Of a stretch of DNA of 64,000 nt, positions 18,194 to 33,409 are shown piece after piece. The first letter of the stretch is position 1. The number at the start of each line of letters is the position of its first letter. Position numbers and translations under genes: made by a program. The notes beneath the pieces were generated by a model. That model saw only the letters and a program-made list of their open reading frames with translations, ran no database searches and was not told the DNA's origin. Source of the DNA: Eledone cirrhosa (lineage: Eukaryota); contig OZ024741.1 of assembly GCA_964016885.1 (NCBI GenBank), positions 203,670,001-203,734,000 on the forward strand, given 5' to 3'.

Positions 18194-18405
18194 ATCTTCA
18201 AGACGGACAGCTTCAGTTCAAACAGTACTATTTAATCTTACTTCTGATGACTGCCGTACTCTACGCTGCTTTAATCCACCCTAGAGAAGCTTGGACTCTG
18301 ATTCATGGTCTTACCTTTTTGGTGGTTTTCCCGGCAATGTACATATTGTTGCCCTTTTATGCCATTTCTAATATTGTCGACCAACGATGGGGAACACGTG
18401 AGAGT
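18194..18405 (+). CDS. CHS: Chitin synthase exon with WGTRE motif (not in ORF track)
   Basis: Manual translation DLQDGQLQFKQYY...AALIHPRE...AISNIVDQRWGTRES; ccAG acceptor, GTAAGT donor. Confidence 0.93.
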
Positions 18406-20494
18406 GTAAGTAACAATTAATATTCCATATCTTTTTCACCGCTCTCATTTCAGGGTAGTCTCCAAATCTGGAACAGTGCTGCTGTCATACAGACAGACGG
18501 CATCCAGAAAAAGGCCACTTGTTTGACTAGCATAAAGCCAGTGACAGACATACTCCACCCTCTCCCACGGACCTTCTGATTCCTCTCTCTGCCTTTCTAC
18601 CGCTACTACAATGGTATCTGCTTCTTAGAGCTGGCTGACCTCATGCTACCTCTACTCAAGTACTCACGCCTCACTTGTCTTTCTTTTTCTCTCATCCTCC
18701 ATATTATGTACAGCACCCGAACCTGTTACTAATCTCTACGCGGAGTCATTTTTCTCCAGAATGTCATCCCTCTAGAATTATTTCCCTCTGTGTCTCTACT
18801 GCAAAAATCCTTCTGCAACAATTTAAACTCAGTAAAAGCATCAAGCTCATCGGTCTAGGGTGGCCTACAAATGCCAAAGGTACTGCAAGATAAAGAAATA
18901 CTTGCTAAGTGCACGATGACTCCATTATTATACATCAGCAATAAGCACCTGTAATTATTGTGAAAATTAATTTTTGATAAGTGGATTCAGAGTTAAGTGG
19001 TTAGATATACATGTCAGTATTTTGTGGCCAGATATAAACGTTAACTCTTAATATCCAGTAATGATTTAGCAGAGAATATCTAAAAAGAGGTTTCTTAATT
19101 TAAATGTGTATAGTATCTTTTCTAGTGGACAGTTTGTTGTAAAAATTTGTTATCTTAGTGTAAAGATTTATTTTTTAATGTGATGCAGTTAAAGTACTGC
19201 TTTGAACATTTCAAGAGTGACTTGCTAGATTGGTTTCACGTAGTTTCACGTGGTTTGTTTAACTCAAATGTTTGTCGTATTTTTATTAGTGCACAGATTG
19301 TGAAAAATTGCAGTATTAAAGTTTTCATGTGATGTATTCCCAGTGCTGTATTGTATTTTTCCAGAATGTCTTGTTAACATTTCTTGTACTACAGGACGTA
19401 ATATCATTTTTTAAATTGACTGGCTGCAATTTTTGCCAAAACAAATGCTGAAAAATTCCCAATTTCTAATATGGAGTTTTACGCGTTTTATACTGAACAA
19501 TATTAAATTTATTAAGTATTGCCTAATTTAATCTCAATGTATTGCTTCGAAGAGTCTTAATTACGTAGACAATTGGTGTACTAATGTAAATTAATATTCA
19601 TTTTTTTATCTATTTCAGTTCCTAACATTAATTTATTTCCGTTTGCAACAATGTAATCTTGTTTGTATGCATTAAACTAAATGTGTTCAATCATGATGTC
19701 AGAATGTAGGGTTTTGTTTCATAGAACCAGAGCCGATTTTGGTTGAGTTGATGTCAAAAGACGTAATCGTCTTTGGGGTGTTTGCAGTAGATGGTAGTGT
19801 TACTGAGCAGTCGGGGAACTTCTCAGAGAAACCAGAACAACACCGCCTTTGTCAGCCGGTCTCAACCATATATCGCTTAAATGAGTGAGATGTCTAAGTA
19901 TGTAACATCGGTGAATACTGATATTAAGATATTTGAGACACCTTCCAACGTTAAACAGATCAAAATCAAGCAATAACTAATTTGCTCCTACCACTTTCTG
20001 AATGTAAGCCAAACCCGAAGAGCGGTGCAACTTTGGCGTACATACCGCAATAATAAAAAACACAACTGTATTCTGTGTCGAGTAAATTGGTTAATCTCCC
20101 ACTACAAATAGAGGATTTTCTGCCATAAAACATTATTGCATTTGTTATTACTTTAAATTTGGTTCAAATCCTACCGAGTTCAACTACTGAGGTTCATATA
20201 ATTAATTTCCCTTTCCTCAAATGGCAGGACTTGTGCCTAAATTAGAAACCATGATTACTATACACTAGAGCGCGCAGAATAGGTGAAATGGTTAGAGTGT
20301 CCGAAATATACTTTGTGGCATTCAGACACAGCTATTTACATTCTGAATACAAATCCTAGTGACTTAAACCTGAAAATAAAACACCAGTCAAGTACTAGGA
20401 TCGATATATTCGACTTTCTGACTCCTAAAATCGATTTCCTTGTGCCTAAATTAGAAACAATTATTATCATACATATTCTTAATCATTTTTGCAG

Positions 20495-20567
20495 GATATC
20501 GTTAGCTCAGGATGTTGCATGCATGGCAAACTATTCTCGAAGAAAACAAACAAGTGCGAGAGACAAG
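20495..20567 (+). CDS. CHS: Chitin synthase short exon (DIVSSGCCMHGK...ERQ)
   Basis: ttttgcAG and G|GTGAG sites; 73 nt converts phase 0 to phase 1, exactly what is needed to join the flanking exons. Confidence 0.7.
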
Positions 20568-21171
20568 GTGAGAGAGTGGTATACTTTTTTATAAGATATT
20601 CTTTAATCGGACTGTTTCCTTTTTCCTTTGTGGCCCAGAATACCATTTTCCACTACCAAATCGAGAGGAGGGCATCTCACACAAGTAAGGATCTCAGCGT
20701 CGTGGAATGGCTAGTGCAGCACATATCGCCGGCCGTTCTCTGCGACAATCATCTTGCCATCATGTCCCTCGGGGCCAGCAGCTGATATATACTGTCCATC
20801 CGAAGATTATATATGTGCGTGTGTGTGTGTGGGGGGGGTGTATATGTGTGTGTGTGTGTGTGCATATAAAGCAACACCAAAATTCAGCCCGGAGCATGTA
20901 TACATCGCTATTTCAGAGCACCATTCCTAATATCTAAGTTTTGGTGGACCGGCAATCGCTCTGTATAATCAGCTCCTGATTATTACTGGAATTCTATAAG
21001 AATCCAGCTTCTATAATTGTTGGCGAAAGCAGGGGAGTACGTGGTTCAGATGAACGCCAACCAGCTTCTCTCCCTTCTTTCGCCGAAAAGAAGTAAGTGA
21101 CATAGTCACTACTTTAAAACTGATAGCGTATGGTCTTCTAAATGTTTTTAATTAAATATACGGTATATTGC

Positions 21172-21236
<65 letters not shown>

Positions 21237-21755
21237 GTTTGTGTGTGTGTGTACATATACATACGCATACACATATATTATATATATATATATACACACA
21301 CATATATACACCCAAATATATATATATATATATAACGAAGGAAATGTGGTAAGGAACCAGGTCGCCCATAACGCACTAAAGTACTCAATACTTAGGGTAG
21401 TAGAGTGGGTAATAGGACCCCGACTGCTAAGCTCAAGCCGTTTCGACGGCTAATTCTTGAGTCCAGAATTAGCCGTCGAAACGGCTTGAGCTCAGCCGTA
21501 TATATATGAGAGACGTAAAATAAGAAAATTATAAAAATTAACTTACTTACTAAAATTTCACTGCAACTAATTAGTTTCTGAAAGGGAATAAACGTAGTTT
21601 CCGAAGAAACGTACGTTTCTTTTTTTATTTTACGTCTCTCATATTATTGTTCTGCATCCCCATGCATTGAACCACAAAGTTACTAAGACAAAACCTATAT
21701 ATTTGCTGGCATAGGTATGCATCTGTATATATATGTTAGTAAATATACTAATTCT

Positions 21756-21829
<74 letters not shown>

Positions 21830-21832
<3 letters not shown>

Positions 21833-23612
21833 GTTTGAATATGTATAATAAAGCCAAAACAATGCAGGTATGGACATAGAAAAAGAATGCAATTGCAAAA
21901 GATATTGTTGACAAATTGTCTTTTACCTTAGATTTATTTAAATGTCCTTAATTTTCGAGATAATATCTCTTCTCCAGAGGGAAATAAAGGTCTCAAACCA
22001 GCCTTCTAAATATCTTGCCAAGCCATGCTGACAGGAAATAGTATAGAGTATCTGTTCTATCTCTAATGTCAAAGAGTTAAAATTAGATGGATAAAGAGTA
22101 GTCTCCCTTTAAAAGGGGTTTGTTTAGGTTTTTTTGTTGGTTTTTTATATACATGCCTGTTTAAGTGTGTGGGAGAATGCATGAAGGTGTAAGTATGTGA
22201 GTGTGTGTGTGTGAGTGTGAGAAGATAAGTCTATTCGTAAATGTGGGGGATAGGTGTTATCTGGTGTTAGAACTGATTTTGTGTGTGTATGTGTGAGAGA
22301 CAATAAGTGGAGGTGTAAGCGTGTGTATGGGGTGTGTAAATATGGGGCTAGAAGCCCTATCAGGTTATAAATTGGGTGTTGAGTTCTAGTCTATTATTGA
22401 TTGGTGGTTGTGTTTTATCTATAATTAGTGCTTCCTTAATTCTAAGATTGCCGAGGTTTCTTTCCTTAGTTTCTATCCTAACTGTTATGGTTTTGTCGGT
22501 GTTTTTGCATTTAACTAGGTGTTTCTTAAATGAGGAAGCGTTAGTATTGAGGTGTTCTTTTATTCTTATCTGGAGTGGTCTGGTGGTGCTACCTACGTAG
22601 AAGTTGTTGCATTTGTCACACTCTAGTCTGTATACGACGTAAGCCTGGTGGCATAGGTCTATGTCGTTGATGGGGCAGTTGGCCAGTCTGCAGCAGCTGC
22701 CACGTCTGGTGGAGTCCCCCGGTTAGCTGTCCGCGTAGAGAAGGACCTGAGTGGGCCAGTTGGATATCTAGTCCCTCTCGTCTGATGGCTCTGCGGATGG
22801 CTGTTGTTGTTTCTTCACTGAAGTGTGGGAGCTTCAGGAAGCAAGTGTTAGTGCCTCGGGTGTGGTGTCCTCCGTCCCCTCCGGCACGGTTTGTGGTGGA
22901 CGTCGTGCATCCGTTCAGCCCGAGTACCTCCAAGAAACGTGCGGCGTGCGTGTCTCGGTCTCCAGCGTCGGTGCATTTATTCCGGATACGTGCCAGTTCG
23001 TTCCCTATGTATCCGAACTTGGCACCGAGTGGGAGGGCCAATCTGAAATGCACGAACAGGTCCCCGCCGGCGGCCCCTTCACAGAAGCAGGCGCGGATGT
23101 CGCCCTCCTCTGTTACCCCGAACTGGAAGTCCAGTAGGGACAGGGATCCGCGGTCATCGGGGTGTTCCATGCTGAACTTTATACTGGCGTCCATGCTGGA
23201 GAATATTGTGTATATTTTGTCTGCTCCTCACGGGATGATGTAAGGATGAGTATGTCATCTACATATCGGGTGAAGAAGGCATGGGAATGGCAGGTGTTGA
23301 GGGCTCGGCATTCTAGCTGGTTCATGTAGGTGATGGCCAGCAGGCCCGATAGGCTGGATCCCATGGGTAATCCTGTTGTCTGTCTGTATGTGTGGTGGTG
23401 GAAGGTGAAGTACGTGTTGTCTACTGTGAAGGACAAAAGCTGGTGTATGTCCGTCGGGTGGAGGCCATAGCAGTGGATGTCCTCTGCGACCACGCAGTCC
23501 GTCAATAAATCGACAGCTGGATGAGCGGGGACTGTAGTGTAGAGGGAGACAACGTCTAGGCTAAAAGCGTATTTATTTAGTTTAAGTTCTTCTGGCTGGA
23601 GTTGGTGTAGCC
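21830..23612 (-). mobile_element. Penelope-like element (second family): RT + GIY-YIG, frameshifted, 5'-truncated
   Basis: SLDVVSLYT, GLPMGSSLS, RYVDD; YVVYRLECDKCNNFYVGSTTRPLQIRIKEH; stop at 22362-22360; degenerate hammerhead at 21945-21982. Confidence 0.9.
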
Positions 23613-23615
23613 TAC

Positions 23616-23775
23616 GTATAAGGAAAAGAAATCGAAAATACAACTGGAGTCTTTTCAAGAATATTTATTTATTTCCTTTACCGGTTTCCCAGTTCTTATG
23701 CTTTTCTTGTGTTTTTTGCAACAATAAGACTTTAAAGGGATGGCAACAGTCCGTCCTCCTGGTATTTTAATCATA

Positions 23776-23809
<34 letters not shown>

Positions 23810-23969
23810 TATGATTAAAATACCAGGAGGACGGACTGTTGCCATCCCTTTAAAGTCTTATTGTTGCAAAAAACACAAGAAAAGCATAAGAACTGGGAAA
23901 CCGGTAAAGGAAATAAATAAATATTCTTGAAAAGACTCCAGTTGAATTTTCGATTTCTTTTCCTTATAC
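23616..23969. repeat. Palindrome centred on an (AT)n tract
   Basis: ~160-bp arms are reverse complements; related to the hairpin at 8571-8746. Confidence 0.88.
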
Positions 23970-24377
23970 TTTCACCCATGTTGGAATCTTGTTATTTTTT
24001 CTTTTTCTTTTTTTGTTCTTTTTTTGAATTTGGTGTATACGTTCGTATGGGTGCGGGTATATTCGTCCCGCCGGGTTTACGTACGTGTGTGCGTGTTTAT
24101 GTGTATGTGCATGTATTTGTATGTATGGCGTGTGTTTTCGCGTATGCACGTGTATGTACGTATATAGATGTGTGTATGTATATATTTAATTGTATAAATC
24201 TTAAATATTATTACTTTTTATGATTTTTAATAACCTCTGTCATTTTCGTTCAACAAATTTATTTACATTATTCTACGGCCGTAACTCAATGACGCCACGC
24301 TTTGCAGCATTGAGTTATGGCCCTTTCCATTCTGAGTTCAAATCCCGCCGAGGTTAACTTTGCCTTTCATCCTTACG

Positions 24378-24540
24378 TCCGCTTGTCCCTGCTAGCAAGG
24401 GTTGGACGGGTCCTATTCAGAACAGCATCTCTCCTCTTGTCACGGTCCTTTATCATCTCCTCGGTGAGTTTCAGCGATCTGAGGTCTGCTCTTACCACCT
24501 CCACCCATGTTTTTCGTGGTCTATCTCTACTGCGTCTTCC
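24378..24540 (-). mobile_element. RTE-type LINE 3' end fragment
   Basis: DRPRKTWVEVVRADL...DRDKRRDAV peptide typical of the RTE C-terminus. Confidence 0.55.
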
Positions 24541-24542
24541 TT

Positions 24543-26983
<2,441 letters not shown>

Positions 26984-26994
26984 TATATATATAA

Positions 26995-27215
26995 ATGAGA
27001 GAAATGAGTCAAGCATGCTCCGTTGGATGTGCAATGTCAATGTTCGCGAACGACCTCGCATGGATGTGTTGAGTGAGAAACTGTGTTTGAGAGGGATAAA
27101 TTGTAGTGTGTGGGAGAGGAGATTGCAATGGTATGGAGATGTGATGCGCATAGAGGATGACCGATGGGTGAAGAAGTGCCAAGAAATGCTAGTTGAAGGA
27201 AGGAGTTGGGTTAGA
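26995..27215 (+). mobile_element. RTE-type LINE fragment
   Basis: MLRWMCNV...RRLQWYGDVMR peptide. Confidence 0.65.
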
Positions 27216-27470
27216 ATATAACCTCTTATGAACGGAAGAGCTGTCAGAAAAGAAGAGAGAGAGCGAACGAAAGGAATATAGCCTAAACCACATGATGCAA
27301 GTTGTGCAAGTTGGGGGAGGTACAGAGAGAAAAAGAAAAGAATGTAATGAGAGTGACTTCTTGTTATTCATCATAGCAGCTATTTCCGTGTTTGAGATTC
27401 CTACAATTTTATGAAACCTTTTGCACACTCTAATTCATTTCATATCATGTTTACGCGCACACACATATAA

Positions 27471-27536
<66 letters not shown>

Positions 27537-27563
27537 TCACACACACTCACAAAAACACACACT

Positions 27564-27648
<85 letters not shown>

Positions 27649-27667
27649 GGGGTTAAGCGACAATGGA

Positions 27668-27704
<37 letters not shown>

Positions 27705-27893
27705 TGTGTGCTAAGCAGCCAAAATATATGAAGTTTGTTTTCTTTTACTTTTTGTTACTTTCGTAAATTGTATCTTTAAAAAATAAATCTTCTTTTTGGT
27801 AATTTAAAAAAAGCTTTTTAAAAATCCTTTTCTGTTCCTAGTTCAATATAATGACTAATTGTTAACATTTATGATTATTTGCACTTGTATTAG

Positions 27894-28318
27894 AAATTCC
27901 TGAACCACAGCAATCCAATGATGTTTCTGGCGTTGACACTTGCAGCCCGGCCAAAGAAAATCTGCAACAGCAAGAAAAAGATTTCTGGGAAGAGCTTCGT
28001 ATCACTCTCCTTGGGACTGATGTCAATTTAGGCAGTGAACAACTTACTTTGAAAGTTCGGCTTAAAATAATGCGCAATCGATTGGTTGGAGTTTTACTGG
28101 TTTTAAATATAATTTGGGTGTGTTTACTTACTAGTCTCTTTCTGACAATTCCGAAACATGATACTATATTTGGAATTATAACCTGTTCAATCTATAGTTT
28201 TTCATTAGTTATTCAATTAATCGGTTTAACTGCCCACAAATGTGATTCCTTCTTCAGACAATTTGTCATTCGAACATTTGGCAAGAAACATCCAATTTGG
28301 ATTCACCAAACAGATTAA
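27894..28318 (+). CDS. CHS: Chitin synthase terminal coding exon
   Basis: EKDFWEEL...LKIMRNR...LNIIW pattern typical of the CHS C-terminal TM region; TAA at 28316-28318. Confidence 0.85.
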
Positions 28319-28424
28319 GTTTTATTAACAAAGTCAACATTATGCTATAAATATTTGGATAAAAATTACAATGTTTCTTTCTATGAATATTTTGTTTTGT
28401 TTTGTTTGTTTTTTTTCATTAGTA

Positions 28425-28430
28425 AATAAA
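28425..28430 (+). promoter_or_regulatory. Candidate polyadenylation signal of chitin synthase
   Basis: AATAAA about 107 nt after the stop, following a T-rich UTR. Confidence 0.45.
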
Positions 28431-30115
28431 CACATTTTTGAAATTTCTTCAACGAAAGAATGAAATGGGCCTCCGTCGATTGCGATTGCTCTTGAAATTA
28501 ATATGTGCGTGACTGAGCACTACATAAACATATGTACCCTTAATATAATTTTCTGGGAGATTCAGTATGATACTGTATGTGACAAGGATCGCTCTTTGAA
28601 TTTACTGATACGGTTATCCTGACGGGCTCCAAACGGTTTCCATCTACTATTTCACTCATAGGTTATAGTTAGTCACAAGGCACTTGTCCAAGATGCCTCG
28701 CAATAGAATCAAATTCGGGACTTAGTTGTTGCGAAGTGAAGTGAACTCTGTAAAATACGGCTGTGCCCCGCCCACAGCGAGGGGATAAAACCTTTAGGAA
28801 GGCGACGAATTGGCGGATTCATTAGAGCCTCGGTTAAAAGGCCTTACGATATATGTTACAGCTCTCTAAACTTGGAACTCAACTCTGACCGAAACCTGCC
28901 TGTCTTTCATTCTTTCGCGATTGACAAATAAAGTGCTAATTATAGCGTCGATTCTTATCTCTCTCTCTCCGCTGATTCTCCCTTTTCTCTCTTTCTCTAT
29001 CACAACCCCTCCTTCTCTCTACCTCTCTCTGATTCTGGAAGAAATCAGGTGCTCTGACCTGGAGAGAGATGGGCACAGCAAAATTTAATATGCCCAAACC
29101 ATGCTGTATGTCACAACAGTGCCCTACGATTTCATCTGGAGTAAAGTGCCCAGGTATTTTGGATATTAGAAATGATACTGAATGTAATATGTTGTCGAAT
29201 TAACAAGAAATGTACCATTTATTTAAAATATAGATTAAATGAATATATATCCGAATCTTACATGAATGATTGACTGATTTTTGTGTGTTAATTTTTATTA
29301 GTTAAAATATGAACTTAGATCTTTAAACCAGTTTATATAAATCCTAAAGGTCCTTTGGTTAGTTCTCTTTTTAAAAGTAGCGTAAAATGTTTGATCATTT
29401 GTCATCAATGCAAGACTTTTCCACAGAATTATATTATTCCTGCTGATAATTAAAATCTGTTTGCATTTTTTATGAAAAGCCGCCACAACGTACATATTTA
29501 CTAATTTAGTCAAATAAATCAATTAAATACCATTAGAAACGGGGGAAATGTAGAGAGAGACATGTGCGGAAATCGAACCACGCATCTTTCAAATTTGTCC
29601 AATACCTTCGTAAAGATTTCGGTTTGTTTACACACCTAGCCAACGTTAAGGTTTTTGAATTGGCAGTGAAAATGGCAGATGTCTCTGTTCACCGTTATAT
29701 GATTCTAGGTGTAATTTACCAGCTTTATTCGACTATTTTATTGTTAATGTATGCATTGTGACAGTTTTTCATAAGAAAAGCAGCTAGACTTCAACTATTT
29801 AAACTTACTCAATATCTTCGTTAATTTATCGGTATGTTGATAATTATTACCAAGTATATAAAACTGGCATTGTTCTTATGGAAGGGTTCCAAAGAGAAAG
29901 TAGTTTCTGTAAGGGAGATAACTGAGGTAAAATTATTTCATCGAAGGCTTCCCAACATCTAAAGTTTATCATGCTAAGAAGGTAACTGCATTTTCTAAAT
30001 GTTCCATAATTCCGGCACTTGACAAGTTTTCTTCTCCGCATAAGTTTTCTTCTCCTTTGCATAAATCTGCACAGTACTATTGAATGCGATCCCTCTATAT
30101 TCTGAAGAAACCGAT

Positions 30116-30247
30116 TTAACTTCCACTTTGAGTACTTTTGAAAACATTCCACATCTGTTGAGGTTGAATGGAGCACGGATTCAGTAAGACATCATTACCA
30201 ACTTGTTCTAAGCAGTTATTACTTACATTATGGTAGATGGTTTTATC
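30116..30247 (-). CDS. GALNT: GalNAc-T terminal exon, lectin gamma repeat (DKTIYHNVSNNCLE...C...QQMW...*)
   Basis: Manual translation; ttttgcAG acceptor; QxW motif; TAA at 30118-30116. Confidence 0.85.
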   Translation of the reverse strand, partial: DKTIYHNVSNNCLEQVGNDVLLNPCSIQPQQMWNVFKSTQSGS

Positions 30248-30389
30248 CTGCAAAAGAATGTGTAATTAAATGTGTTACGATCAATTTCAAACATATTTGT
30301 AGCATTTATGCGGCAGAAATCCTTATATAAAATAATCAACAAGCATCATATCTTAACAAATGCATAAATTCAATACAGTTAACTAATTA

Positions 30390-30745
30390 AAAACACAAGG
30401 TTCTAAAAACCTTCGCTAAGTACAAGCCACTACCTCCCTCGAGCAACTGACGCTGCATATTAGGTCCGAATACGGAAGAGCGCGAACTCCCACTGCCATC
30501 GCCCCCATCTCTCTCGCCCTGCCCACCTGTCTGTATTACGAGCAAATGGGGTCCCACGTGCTGGCCGCTCCAAGGCCCCGGCGGATAGAATGGAGAAGGC
30601 GTTTCCCCGGAGGATGGTAAGGGAGATGCGATGGAAGAGTCATTCCATCTCACGAGGCTCACACCTGCGGCTAGCCAGCTCAGCGCCTATGGTGGTAAGT
30701 AGGGAGGTAGCCCTAGTGCCAAGGACACCAGAAGGCTCCAACCTA
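30390..30745. repeat. GC-rich interspersed repeat (second partial copy 56686-56832)
   Basis: Shared ggaggatggta..ggtaagtaggga.gtagccctagtgccaaggacaccagaa; origin unresolved. Confidence 0.6.
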
Positions 30746-31499
30746 AATATATATATATATCCATGAGAGATTATCTTCTGTTTCCAACTTGTAATCATAA
30801 ATAGCTAATTATTTGACGATTCATGATCGGAGATATCAATGTTTATACTCCCTAGTTATATTTACACAACATCCCTAAATAGAATTTGCCTATTTCCTTC
30901 AGTTGAGATAATACGTACAAATATATTTTGCTACGTCTTGTACAGATATACGACGAAATGACTTATGCGCGTTTAATTTAAATCCGTATTCAACCCGCTA
31001 ACCATTTAGTTAAGTATCACTTCATAACATAAACATTTCAAACTGTAATCATTCTGAGGTACCAATTATATTCACCCCAGTACATATTTGTTTAAGTCTA
31101 GTACCTATTTTATCATCGTCTTGCAATCCCAGGTTTCTACAATTCCTCGCCAATTTTCGTCTAGTAATTTTTCATCCAAGCATCATATCCTGAGCAAGCA
31201 TTTCAAACCTCAATAATTGATTCTCAGAAACCCAGGTTACATTCCTGCATTTGCAATACCAGGTTTCCTCAATTCCTCACCAATTGAAATCTTGTAATTT
31301 TCACCCTAGCACCATATTAAAATGAGCAAACTTTTCGAACGGCAATAATTTAGTCCCAAACGGCATTAAGTCTAAAACAGCATTTTTAAGCACTGTTCAT
31401 TTGTGATCTCCCTTATAGTTGGGTATTTTTATATTTCATTTGTAATTGGATATGCAGGTAAAAGCCGACTGTCAATGTGATATGGTGGCATCTATACAT

Positions 31500-31675
31500 T
31501 TTATGTATATATAGACAATATACACTGTAGTTTGGTATTTTGGTATTTCATTTGATATATACACAATATACACTATAGTTGGGTATATTGGTATTTCATT
31601 TCATATATACACATTGTGCACTATAATTCAGTATATTGGTATTTCCTTCGATATATATACACAATGTACTCTATT
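31500..31675. repeat. Degenerate minisatellite, about 4 units of ~45-50 bp
   Basis: Recurring cactatagttgggtatattggtatttcattt..atatatacacaat. Confidence 0.65.
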
Positions 31676-31800
31676 CCTTTCTAGTTTGGATTCATCCTCC
31701 GACTAACATTCCTTCCTAATTCCTCCTCTTGAAGCTAGTCGCTTCCTGTATGAAAATCACTATCTACTTTTTACCGAAACATATTACATATATTACTCAC

Positions 31801-31923
31801 CGGACGTAATGTCCAGACCTGGTTACCTTTCAGACCATGACATACTTTTGCCCAGACATCAGATTCAGCGTCTAAACAATCAACGTCTGTTCGCAGTTCA
31901 AAGTTTGATGTATAATACATATG
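31801..31923 (-). CDS. GALNT: GalNAc-T ricin lectin beta-repeat exon (HMYYTSNFELRTDVDCLD...CHGLKGNQVW)
   Basis: CLD and CHGxKGNQxW motifs; ttctcAG and GTGAGT sites, 123 nt. Confidence 0.9.
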
Positions 31924-33409
31924 CTGAGAATAGTAAGAAACGGTATATTTATTGTCAAAAGATAATGAATATTAAGAGGAAATGCCGTACAGACCAACGT
32001 AAAAGTCGAATGTTTTAGATTTTCTTGGGATAAATATATGGGGTTAACTATTATAAAGCTACTAGTTTCAAGGGACTGACATTTTCACTACAATCCAAAT
32101 TATTGTACCAATAAGTAGAAGTCTAAATGCTCCAAATAATTAAAAATAAAACAATGAATAAATACAAAATAATGAATTCCAGAAACAATACCCTTGTTTC
32201 TACTCATCAAAACATATTTACTAGTACCAAAACACATTAATAAGGCGCATATTTCTTATAAATATTTGCGCTTGCGCACATCAGAAAAATTAATTCCCTC
32301 GTCGTAACATTCATATTCAGGAGAATATCTTCATTCACAAATATTAATTTGTCATCCCTGAAGAAGTAGTGTCGACCTTTACATGAGATACATGAAAATA
32401 TCCTAATTTTTTGGCCCAAAATGGGGAGTCGACTTTTACATGGGATCGGTTTTCACACAAGTATATAAATATATGAGATTTTATTCCTAATCAATACACG
32501 ACTAAGTATTTAGTCTTAGAGAAAGAGCGCGAAAGAAAGCCGAATTTACTGGTAGTTGTCATTTAAGTCAGTGACATTGTCACGATGAGACTGTCTCTAA
32601 GAGTGTTTAAACATACGGATTATGCAAAGTTGTAGAAAAAGGACTTGATCTTCAGATCAAGGAAACTAGGTTTCCATTGGTCTTTTCATATCTGATACTA
32701 TCTCTCGATCGCAACACCAGGCAGAGAGCTGCATCAAATATTACAAAGCATCAATCCACTAGCATTTCATTTACCGATACCGAAAGGTTAAAAGACAAAT
32801 TTGACCTCGATTTAAACCTAGAGCTCAGAGACCAGAGCTCAAAGCGCAGTGTGCCTTAACAAATACCTAAGCTTTTAATCCGACGCCATTTTAGAACCAT
32901 TTACAAATACTTCGTACAGGCTGCAGAAGATAGGGATAAGGTTCACTTTGTTCGGTCTGACATAAAGGCAATAACAAACGTAACATTTGAAAAGAATAAT
33001 CATTTGATCGAACCCCATTTAATGAAATAAAACTCGATAATTATCCATCGTCTGCGCCTTGTTCCAACGTCTAAATCAGCAACATTTGATAATTATGAAC
33101 ATCACAGCTTTTTATGTATGACAAAATACATTGTCTTATGTACTCTTCCCTTTTAAAGACATTACGTCGTGATTTGAGAGAAATTTGACAGCTATTCTAG
33201 CATGTCACACGTCCACATATAGGTTTTCCCGTTGACCTTTGATAGAATGTTTTGCCGTATTTATTCCTGCTATCTAAGTTCAAATCTTGACAAGGTCCAC
33301 TTTGCCGTTCATCCTTTCGAGGTCGATAAATAATATCCCAGTTCAATATTGGACTCGATTCTTCCTCTGCCTCTCTCTCTCTCTTGCTCTCTCTCCCTAT
33401 CTATCTATA

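Noticed and set aside
19000-20060. Possible decayed DNA transposon
   Set aside because: No termini or recognisable transposase motif could be supported.
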